Source of the DNA: a bacterium
GTDB lineage: Bacteria > Omnitrophota > Gorgyraeia > Aquiviventales > Aquiviventaceae
DNA length: 59,773 nucleotides
Direction of reading: 5' to 3'
Assembly (NCBI GenBank): GCA_036396895.1
Contig: DASWKB010000030.1
Location: 1-59,773, forward strand
The notes under the pieces are model-generated. The model was not told the origin of the DNA and did no database searches. It worked only from the letters and a program-made list of their open reading frames with translations. Positions 9,238-16,381 of the stretch are shown here, in pieces (position 1 is the stretch's first letter; each line of letters begins with the position of its first letter). Position numbers and translations under genes: made by a program.

Positions 9238-10629
9238 ATGGCGTCCCCCGGCCTCCCGTCTGATGCCCTCCGCGTCGCGATCGTCGGGCGTCCCAACGTC
9301 GGCAAGTCGACGCTGTTCAACCGCCTGCTCGGGGCGCGCCGCGCCGTCGTGTCGCCGGTGCGCGGGACGACGCGGGATCGCGTGTCGGGCCGGATGCGTT
9401 GGCGGGACCGGACGCTCGTGCTGACCGATACCGGGGGGTTCGAGGCCGACAGCGCCTCCGCACTCGAAGCGGCCATCCAGCGGCACATCGCGACCGCGGT
9501 CCGCGAGGCCGACGTCGTGCTGTTTGTCTGCGATGCCCGGGACGGACTCGTCCCGCAGGATGAGCTGGTCATGGACGCGCTCCGGCCCTCCGGCAAACCC
9601 ATCGTGGTCGCGGTGAACAAGGTGGATCACGGCCTCGGGCCGCCGGAAGAGTTCTTCGAGTTCGGTTTGGAGCGCGTGCACGGGGTCTCGGCGCTTCACG
9701 GGCGTGGCATCGGGGACCTGCTCGAGACGCTCGCCGAATGCGCCTCCCGCGGGGAATCGGAGCCGGAGACGCCCGTGTCGGCGGCGGTGGCGATTCTCGG
9801 GCGGCCGAATGTGGGCAAGTCCTCGCTCTTCAACGCGCTGTTGGCCGAGGAACGGGTCATCGTGAGCGAGCGGCCTGGCACCACGCGCGACGCCATCGAT
9901 ACGCCCATCGTCGTGGGCGGGACCCGGGTCACCATCGTGGACACCGCAGGGCTGCGGCACCGGAGAAAAGTGCGCGACCCGGTCGACATGTTTTCGATGT
10001 CCCGGTCGATCGACGCCATCGATCGCTGCGACGCGGCCATCATGGTGGCGGACGCGACTCAGGGCGTCACGCGAGATGACGCCCGGATCGCCACCAGAGT
10101 CGTCGCCGCCGGGCGGGGGCTCGTGCTGGCGCTCAACAAGTGGGATCTGGTGGAGGGTGTCGATCCCGCGTCGCTGCCGGCGTATATCCGCGACCAGTTG
10201 CCCTTCGCGGCTTTCGCGCCCGTGTTCGCGATATCGGCCAAGACCGGCGCGGGCGTGATGGCCCCGCTTGAATCCGCCATCGACATCGCTTTCCGGATTC
10301 GCGCCGGGGTTCCCGCCAACGAAGTGGAGGCGCTGCTCAAGGCGGCTTGGACGTCTCATCCGCCGCCGAGGATGCGGGGGCGCCTTGTGAATCTCAAACA
10401 CGCCGTCTGGAGGGCCGAACGCGACGGCGGAGCGCGCCGGCACCCGGGCGTGGAGCTCTCGATTGCCCCGCCGGGTCCGCTGCCCGCCGTCTACCGGCAG
10501 TATCTGCTGAACCGGTTGTATGCCGACGCGCGGTTTCGCGGCATCCCGATCACCATCGCCGTGAAAGAGCCGGAGCGCCTCAAGCGCCGGCGCGTCCGTC
10601 ACGCCAGGGGCGGGAGGAGGACCCGATGA
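9238..10629 (+). CDS. der: Ribosome biogenesis GTPase Der (EngA)
   Basis: Two GRPNVGKS P-loops, DTGG/DTAG, NKVD/NKWD, GTTRD twice. Confidence 0.97.
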   Translation: MASPGLPSDALRVAIVGRPNVGKSTLFNRLLGARRAVVSPVRGTTRDRVSGRMRWRDRTLVLTDTGGFEADSASALEAAIQRHIATAVREADVVLFVCDARDGLVPQDELVMDALRPSGKPIVVAVNKVDHGLGPPEEFFEFGLERVHGVSALHGRGIGDLLETLAECASRGESEPETPVSAAVAILGRPNVGKSSLFNALLAEERVIVSERPGTTRDAIDTPIVVGGTRVTIVDTAGLRHRRKVRDPVDMFSMSRSIDAIDRCDAAIMVADATQGVTRDDARIATRVVAAGRGLVLALNKWDLVEGVDPASLPAYIRDQLPFAAFAPVFAISAKTGAGVMAPLESAIDIAFRIRAGVPANEVEALLKAAWTSHPPPRMRGRLVNLKHAVWRAERDGGARRHPGVELSIAPPGPLPAVYRQYLLNRLYADARFRGIPITIAVKEPERLKRRRVRHARGGRRTR

Positions 10630-11243
10630 GCGCGGCGCAGGCGGCGGCATGGATCGGCGCGTATCTGTTGGGCTCGGTGCCGACGGGATTCCTGGTGGTG
10701 CGGGCGCTGGCCCACGTCGACGTGCGCACGGTCGGCAGCGGCGGCACCGGCGCGACGAACGCCGGCCGGGTCCTGGGCCGGCGCGGAGCGGTGCTGGTGT
10801 TCGTCCTGGACATGGCGAAGGGGTGGCTGGCGGTGCGCGTCCTGGCCCCATGGGGCGGGGGAGGGGCGGATCCGCTCATGGAGTGGAGTTGCGCGCTGTT
10901 GGCGGTCGCGGGCCACTGCTATCCGGCATGGCTCGGGTTCCGCGGAGGCAAAGGTGTCGCCACGACGGTCGGCGCGCTGGCCGGCATGTTGCCGGTGTTG
11001 GCGCTCGTGTTTGCGGCGGTCTGGGCGGGCTGCGCCGCCGTCTGGCGATTCGTCTCCGTGGGGTCGATGGCCGGCGCCGTAGCCGTTCCGGTCGCGCAGG
11101 CGGCGTTGGGTCTGTCCGTCGGCGAAACGGGCTTCGGGATCTTGCTCGCGCTGCTCATCGCGCTGCGCCACCGCGAGAATGTCCGCCGCCTCGTGCGCGG
11201 CACCGAACCCAAGATCGGCCGATCGTCATCTGCATCGAAATAA
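10626..11243 (+). CDS. plsY: Glycerol-3-phosphate acyltransferase
   Basis: YLLGSVPTG, GSGGTGATN, DMAKG, GHCYP..LGFRGGKGVAT, RHRENVRRLVRGTE. ATGA overlap with der. Confidence 0.95.
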   Translation: MSAAQAAAWIGAYLLGSVPTGFLVVRALAHVDVRTVGSGGTGATNAGRVLGRRGAVLVFVLDMAKGWLAVRVLAPWGGGGADPLMEWSCALLAVAGHCYPAWLGFRGGKGVATTVGALAGMLPVLALVFAAVWAGCAAVWRFVSVGSMAGAVAVPVAQAALGLSVGETGFGILLALLIALRHRENVRRLVRGTEPKIGRSSSASK

Positions 11244-11269
11244 CAGCGGGTCCGAAGCTGGAGCGCCTT

Positions 11270-11470
11270 GGGGCGCGGGGCGCGGCGTGAGAATGACCAT
11301 GAGAAGATAGAAGGAAGAAGGTAGAAGGTAGAGAAAGCAAAACGACCATTTTCGTTCCACCCTCCACCCGCCACCCCCCACCTTCCACCTTCTCACAATG
11401 ACGCGATGGCCCCTCGCCTCATTCCCCGTGCCCCGGATACGGATGGACTGACGGAACAGACGGAATTGAC
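11270..11470. repeat. Nested inverted heptamer arrays plus nonamer array
   Basis: GGGGCGC x2; GAAGATA/GAAGGAA/GAAGGTA/GAAGGTA (11303-330); TTCCACC-type x5 (11355-389); CCCCGTG-type (11410-435); GACGGAA nonamers (11441-470). Confidence 0.85.
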
Positions 11471-11504
11471 CAAGCTCAAACGGTGAAGCTCGGCGACACG
11501 ATGA

Positions 11505-11532
11505 TTGACAACGGTGGAAACTCAGCTACAAT
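11505..11532 (+). promoter_or_regulatory. Putative sigma70 promoter
   Basis: TTGACA (11505-10), 16 nt, TACAAT (11527-32). Supports ATG 11547 as the SPOR gene start. Confidence 0.65.
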
Positions 11533-11546
11533 GGTGCCCACGGTAC

Positions 11547-12098
11547 ATGGCCACAGATCCGACGAGCCAGCTTGAGCTGTTTCAATTTTCTGACCGGACG
11601 GCTCCCAAGCCGCACCGCGAAACACTGGGCTGGTTGCAGCTGACGTTCCGCTATGATCAGCTCGTCCTGGTGGGGATCGGCGGTCTGCTCGCGCTGACGG
11701 CGGTGTTCGCGCTGGGTGTCGAGCGCGGCAAGCAGTTGGCGAGGACCGAGCGCGCTCTGCTCGTCCGGCGGATTGCCAAGCCCGCCGCGGCGCCGGAGCC
11801 GGCTGCGGCCGCGCCCGCACCCGCCGAGGAACCAGCGGCGCCTGCGAATCCGCCGGCTCTCACCGCGGCTCAGGCGGACGCAACGCGGTACGTGGTCCAG
11901 GTGGTCACGTACAGCCGGCCTCAACTGGCGACGAGGGAGCTTGAACGGCTTCGGGCGAGCGGAGAACTGGCATTCCTCGCGGACCGGCGCGGCCAGACCG
12001 TGCTGTATGTGGGCCCGTTCGAGTCGAAAGACAACGCCAAGCGTAAACTCAGCACGCTGCGGCAGACCTATCGCGATTGTTTCATGAGGACCCTGTAA
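11547..12098 (+). CDS. Single-pass membrane SPOR-domain protein (FtsN/DedD-like architecture)
   Basis: Short N-tail, TM helix (LVLVGIGGLLALTAVFALGV), Ala/Pro linker, C-terminal YVVQVVTY...VLYVGPFESKDNA SPOR-like domain. Confidence 0.8.
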   Translation: MATDPTSQLELFQFSDRTAPKPHRETLGWLQLTFRYDQLVLVGIGGLLALTAVFALGVERGKQLARTERALLVRRIAKPAAAPEPAAAAPAPAEEPAAPANPPALTAAQADATRYVVQVVTYSRPQLATRELERLRASGELAFLADRRGQTVLYVGPFESKDNAKRKLSTLRQTYRDCFMRTL

Positions 12099-12100
12099 CG

Positions 12101-12346
12101 ATGTCCATACACCCATCGCTTCGCTCGCGCAAGGCGTCGACCGGCGCGCTCAGGAACGTCCTGAAGCGCTTCGAGCGCGTCCGGCATCTACAGGAGCGCG
12201 GCACGTGGACGGACGGCCGTTCGGTCTACGGGCTGCCCAAGATCAAGCAGACCAAGGTCAAGGCCCGCAAGAGCGCCGCCAAGGAAACCGAGGCGGCCGC
12301 CGCGGCTCCGGCGGCGCCGGGCGCCGCCGGCTCGACGGCTGCGTAG
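12101..12346 (+). CDS. PVC-superphylum small basic (signature) protein, TIGR04137-like
   Basis: MSIHPSLR...RNVLKRFERV..L...G.W..G.SVYGLPKIK pattern characteristic of this family; Ala-rich tail. Confidence 0.88.
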   Translation: MSIHPSLRSRKASTGALRNVLKRFERVRHLQERGTWTDGRSVYGLPKIKQTKVKARKSAAKETEAAAAAPAAPGAAGSTAA

Positions 12347-12369
12347 AAATTTCGCGAAGCGAAATTTCT
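12345..12369. repeat. 11-bp AT-rich perfect inverted repeat
   Basis: agaaatttcgc-gaa-gcgaaatttct, overlapping the sbp stop codon. Confidence 0.7.
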
Positions 12370-12394
12370 GAATCGAGAAAGACGCAGAATGCTG

Positions 12395-12429
12395 CACCCC
12401 GGCGGACAGCCGGGGTGTTGTTGTCTTGT
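12395..12429 (+). terminator. Putative intrinsic terminator after sbp
   Basis: caccccggc-ggaca-gccggggtg 9-bp stem followed by T-rich ttgttgtcttgt. Confidence 0.6.
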
Positions 12430-12435
12430 GAATCC

Positions 12436-13185
12436 ATGCCGCAATCCATCGCGTTCGCATCCAGGCGTCCCGCCGGCCCTCCGGGAGAGGAAGTGCGCCC
12501 CGGCCGCGGGGTTCCCGTCGCGTCCGTGAGCCGCATGCAGCGCATCGACGAGGAGGCGATCGGGCGGTTCCGCATCCCCCGCCTGCTCTTGATGGAGCAC
12601 GCGGGGCTTGCGCTGGCGCACACCGTGCACCATCTCCTTCCGGATCCGACGGCTCCGCTCCTGGTCTGCTGCGGCACCGGCTACAACGGCGGGGACGGCC
12701 TGGCCGCCGCGCGCCATCTCGCCCTCTGGGGGTATCGCCCGTGCATCCTCATCGCCGGCTCTCTCGAGGGCCTCCGCGAGGAATGCGCGGCGTTCGCCGC
12801 CATGGCCCGCGCCGCGGGGCTCGTGATCGAATCGCCTCCGGCTCCCGGCGCCCGCGGCCCGCACGCGCGCGCGTGGTCCGAGTACGGCGGCATCATCGAC
12901 GCGTTGCTCGGCATCGGGCTGCGCGGCGAGGTGCGTCAGCCCGAACGGGACCTGATCGAGGCCATCAACGGCTCGGGCGCACCGGTCATCGCGGCGGACG
13001 TCCCCTCGGGGCTCGACGCCGACTCGGGTCGCCCGCTCGGCGCGGCGATCCGCGCGGCCGCTACCATCGCGTTCGGCCTGCCGAAGCGCGGCTGCCTGGC
13101 CCCCGGAGCCGCCGCCTACACGGGCCGGCTGTTCGTCCATCCGATCGGAATTCCGCCGAGCCTGCTGGAGCCCGAAGGCCCATGA
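12436..13185 (+). CDS. nnrE: NAD(P)H-hydrate epimerase (stand-alone YjeF N-domain)
   Basis: MQRIDEEAI...LLMEHAG, CGTGYNGGDG, IDALLGIG, DVPSGL, TIAFGLPKRG. Start uncertain. Confidence 0.88.
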   Translation: MPQSIAFASRRPAGPPGEEVRPGRGVPVASVSRMQRIDEEAIGRFRIPRLLLMEHAGLALAHTVHHLLPDPTAPLLVCCGTGYNGGDGLAAARHLALWGYRPCILIAGSLEGLREECAAFAAMARAAGLVIESPPAPGARGPHARAWSEYGGIIDALLGIGLRGEVRQPERDLIEAINGSGAPVIAADVPSGLDADSGRPLGAAIRAAATIAFGLPKRGCLAPGAAAYTGRLFVHPIGIPPSLLEPEGP

Positions 13186-14303
13186 GCCGTCGGCATCGCG
13201 CGATTCGCGTGTCGCTGGGTCCGCGCTCGTATCCGATCGTGCTGGCCGGCTCCTTCGCCGGGCTGCCGGGCGAGATGCGGCGGCTTGCGCTGCCGCGCCT
13301 CGCGTGGGTCGTCTCGCACGCGCGGCTGCTCGCGACGCACGGACGGCCGCTGTGCGCGTCGCTTGAGCGCGGCGGATGGACCGTCCGCGTGATCACGGTG
13401 CCGGAGTCGGAGCGCGCCAAATCGTTCGCGACGGCGCGCCGGGTGATGGCTCGCGTCGCGCGCGGCAGCCCGATGCGGGTGCCGGTGCTCGTGGCCTTCG
13501 GCGGGGGCGTGGTCGGAGATCTCGCGGGGTTCGTCGCGTCCGTGTACCGCCGCGGCGTGCCCTACGTGCAGGTCGCCACGACGCTGCTCGCGCAGGTCGA
13601 TTCGGCCATCGGCGGGAAGGTCGCCATCGATCTTCCGGAAGGGAAGAATCTCATCGGCGCCTATCACCAGCCGCGCCTCGTCTGGAACCATCTGGGTCTC
13701 CTGCGTACGCTGCCGCCGCGCCAGCGCCGGTCGGGGCTGGCCGAGGTGCTGAAGTACGGCGTCATCGCGGATCCGTGGCTCTGGCGGTATCTGGAGCGCC
13801 GCCTGGATGCGTGTCTGGCGCTGACGCCGGGCGCCGCCCGCGTGATGGTGGAGCGCTCGTGCGCCGTCAAGGCGCGCGTGGTGTCCCTCGATGAGCGGGA
13901 AACCCGGGGACCCAGACTGCATCTCAACTACGGGCACACGATCGGGCACGCGCTGGAGACGGTCACGGGGTACCGGCGATTCACGCACGGCGAAGCGATC
14001 GCCGTCGGGATGTGCGCCGCGGCGCACTTGAGCGCCGCCCTCGGGCGCTGTTCGTCCGGCGACGCGGATCGCATCGAGAGCCTGATCCTGGCCGCGGGAC
14101 TCCCCGTGCGCGCCGATGGGGTGGATCCGGAGGCGGTGCTCATGGCGCTTCGCTACGACAAAAAGTTCGTGCGGGGACGCGCCCGCTGGGTGCTGCCGAC
14201 CCGCATCGGACGGGTGATCGTGGCTGAGGACGTGCCGGAGGCCGCGGTGCGGGCCACGGTCCGCCGGTACGTGCGCAAGCGAGGAGGAGTCCGGCATGGC
14301 TGA
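13182..14303 (+). CDS. aroB: 3-dehydroquinate synthase
   Basis: GGGVVGDLAGF, TTLLAQVDSAIGGK, EVLKYG, LNYGHTIGHALE, HGEAIAVG, DKK. Confidence 0.96.
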   Translation: MSRRHRAIRVSLGPRSYPIVLAGSFAGLPGEMRRLALPRLAWVVSHARLLATHGRPLCASLERGGWTVRVITVPESERAKSFATARRVMARVARGSPMRVPVLVAFGGGVVGDLAGFVASVYRRGVPYVQVATTLLAQVDSAIGGKVAIDLPEGKNLIGAYHQPRLVWNHLGLLRTLPPRQRRSGLAEVLKYGVIADPWLWRYLERRLDACLALTPGAARVMVERSCAVKARVVSLDERETRGPRLHLNYGHTIGHALETVTGYRRFTHGEAIAVGMCAAAHLSAALGRCSSGDADRIESLILAAGLPVRADGVDPEAVLMALRYDKKFVRGRARWVLPTRIGRVIVAEDVPEAAVRATVRRYVRKRGGVRHG

Positions 14304-14559
14304 GGCGCGAATGGAGCCCGTGGGGCGGGTGACGGGGTTCTTCTCGAAAGCGTCGGTTGCGGTGGTCGATCTCAGCGGGGCGCTGGCGGTGGGCGATCAG
14401 ATCTACATCAAGGGGCACACGACGGACCTCCAGCAGGCGGTGGACTCCCTGCAGGTGGACCACCAGGCCGTGACGCAGGGGTCGCCGGGGCAGACCGTCG
14501 GGTTGAAGGTTGCCGGGCGCTGCCGCCCGCACGACCTGATCTATCGTCTTGCCGCGTGA
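14296..14559 (+). CDS. Small beta-barrel protein (translation-elongation-factor-like / U32 C-terminal-like)
   Basis: VGRVTGFFSKASVAVV.L.G.L.VGD.I.IKG.TT...Q.V.SLQVDH......PGQ.VGLKV pattern; SD GAGGAG. Confidence 0.7.
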   Translation: MAEARMEPVGRVTGFFSKASVAVVDLSGALAVGDQIYIKGHTTDLQQAVDSLQVDHQAVTQGSPGQTVGLKVAGRCRPHDLIYRLAA

Positions 14560-14607
14560 CGGCGCGCGTGCCGTTCCAACAACGTCGGAGCGGGACGGCC
14601 CCGGGTC

Positions 14608-15120
14608 CTAGGACCCGAGCTCGAGCGTCAACTCCGTGCCGTTGGCGCGGCGCAGCGTGACATCCCGCTCCCGCACGGCCGTGAGCGTCGCGGAGCCGAT
14701 CGTCTCGCCGACCGTCACGATCCTCCCATTGATGATGGCGTACGAGCGGCCGTCTCCGAAGACGATGCCGGAGAGTTCCAGGGTTCCGGGCCGCCTGGCG
14801 GGAGGAGCGGGGATGGCCGACGGGGTCGCCTCAGGGTCACGGGCCGGGATGGTCGCGGGCTCAGGCGCCGGCGGGTCTCCCACGAATCGTCCGCCGATCA
14901 CGGCCACCCCCCAGATCCCGAGCACGATGAGGCCGAGCACCGCCATGCCGAGCGCGGGGGGGCGCGTGGGTTCGGATTCGGCTTCGCCCTGCGTCTGCCA
15001 GGCATGCGCAGCGGGATCCGTCTTGGACGGCGCCTGAGCCGCGCCGGGCTTGGGCGGGGTGCGGACGCGCTTCAAGGTCGGATCGCGGTCGCGCCGAAGC
15101 GCTTCGTCAATGAGGCTCAT
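14608..15120 (-). CDS. GspB/ExeB-like single-pass membrane protein
   Basis: MSLIDEALRR start, one TM, Pro-rich linker, LSGIVF....YAIINGRIV.VGETI C-terminal domain; directly downstream of an ExeA-like ATPase. Confidence 0.7.
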   Translation of the reverse strand: MSLIDEALRRDRDPTLKRVRTPPKPGAAQAPSKTDPAAHAWQTQGEAESEPTRPPALGMAVLGLIVLGIWGVAVIGGRFVGDPPAPEPATIPARDPEATPSAIPAPPARRPGTLELSGIVFGDGRSYAIINGRIVTVGETIGSATLTAVRERDVTLRRANGTELTLELGS

Positions 15121-15967
15121 CCGGTCCTCCCTCATCAGGCCGGTCTCGGTCGTCGTCCTGGACCTGACCCGACAGCTCGCGGAAGCTGCGGCGTACGATC
15201 TCCCCGTCCACCCGCTTGACCCGGAGAATGTAGCAGGCCAGGAGGCAGCGGTCGCACAGCACGTTGATGAGCCGCGGGACGCCCTTGGCATAGCGGTGCA
15301 CGAGCTCCGTCGCGTCCGGCGTCCATTCGAGCGTCCCGTCCGCTCCGGCGGTTCTGAGACGGTGCTCGATGTACGTGCGGACCTCGTCCAGATCGAGCGG
15401 GCTGATGTGGTACCGGACGGCGATCCGCTGGCGGAGCTGCTCGAGCTGGGGCTGGGCGAGCTTCTCGCGCAGCTGGGGCTGGCCGACGAGGATGATCTGG
15501 ATCAGCTTGTCCTTGTCCGTCTCGAAGTTCGAGATCATCCGGATCTGCTCCAGGAGGCGCAGGCTGAGATTCTGGGCCTCATCGATGATGACCGCGGTGT
15601 TGCGGCCGAGCTCCGCCTGCTCCAGGAGGAACTGGTTCAGCTGGGTGAACAGGCCGAGCCGGTTGCCCCTGGACGGGTTCAGGCCGAAGTCCTCCACGAT
15701 GGCGTGCAACAGCTGCAGCTCCGACAGGTTCGAGTGGAGGATGAGCGCCGTCCGGGTCGTCTCGTCGAGGTGGCGCAGGAGCGACTTGCATAGCGTCGTC
15801 TTGCCGGAGCCGATCTCGCCGGTGATGGCCACGAAGCCCTTGCGCTCGCGGATCCCGTAGATCATGTGCGAGAGCGCCTCCCGGTGCTTGCGCGAGAGGT
15901 AGAGGAAGGACGGATCGGACGTGACCGAGAACGGCTTTTCGCGCAATCCGAGAAATTCGAGATACAT
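15107..15967 (-). CDS. ExeA/GspA-family AAA+ ATPase
   Basis: MYLEFLGLREKPFSVTSDP, GEIGSGKT Walker A, IIDEAQNL Walker B, LVGQPQL, LRQRI, GVPRLINVLCD. Confidence 0.92.
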   Translation of the reverse strand: MYLEFLGLREKPFSVTSDPSFLYLSRKHREALSHMIYGIRERKGFVAITGEIGSGKTTLCKSLLRHLDETTRTALILHSNLSELQLLHAIVEDFGLNPSRGNRLGLFTQLNQFLLEQAELGRNTAVIIDEAQNLSLRLLEQIRMISNFETDKDKLIQIILVGQPQLREKLAQPQLEQLRQRIAVRYHISPLDLDEVRTYIEHRLRTAGADGTLEWTPDATELVHRYAKGVPRLINVLCDRCLLACYILRVKRVDGEIVRRSFRELSGQVQDDDRDRPDEGGPDEPH

Positions 15968-16038
15968 GGCTCTCCCTTTTCGCTCAGCACGCCATTGTAG
16001 CTTGGCATGGACGGAGGCGCAACGGGGGCCTCGGGTCA

Positions 16039-16272
16039 GCGACAAGCGACAAGCAACGAGGGGCCAGCAACCGTGAACCAGGCTCGTTGCCGATCAGGTC
16101 TGAAGCTGGATGCTGGAAGCTTGAAGCTGGAACTACTCATTCCAGCCTCCAGCGTCCAGCCTCCAGCTTCCGACCACTGAACGCCACGGTACACGTTGCA
16201 CGGCACACGATGATAGCCCGCCCCTCGCCCCGTGCCCCGTCTCTGGACTTGTCACCTGTCACTAGTCACGCA
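16039..16272. repeat. Nested inverted heptamer arrays
   Basis: Outer left GCGACAA GCGACAA GCAACGA GGGGCCA GCAACCG TGAACCA; inner GAAGCTG-type x4 (16102-129) versus TTCCAGC-type x4-5 (16140-174); outer right GCCCCTC GCCCCGT GCCCCGT ... CTTGTCA CCTGTCA CTAGTCA. Confidence 0.85.
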
Positions 16273-16331
16273 CTTCTTTGATCACAGACCCCAGGGAGAC
16301 CCCAGGGAGGCTGGCGACACCCGGACGTGCA

Positions 16332-16340
16332 TGGTAGAAT
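16332..16340 (+). promoter_or_regulatory. Possible extended -10 promoter for pgk
   Basis: TGgTAGAAT about 40 nt before the pgk ATG; no good -35. Confidence 0.35.
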
Positions 16341-16381
16341 ACCCGTTCAGATATGCGACCCGCCACAAAGGACACCAAGCC

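Noticed and set aside
14568-14617. Terminator between convergent genes; 16-bp palindrome cgggtcctaggacccg at the gspB-like stop
   Set aside because: Hairpin is imperfect with no U-tract on either strand, and the GC-rich palindrome is plausible by chance.
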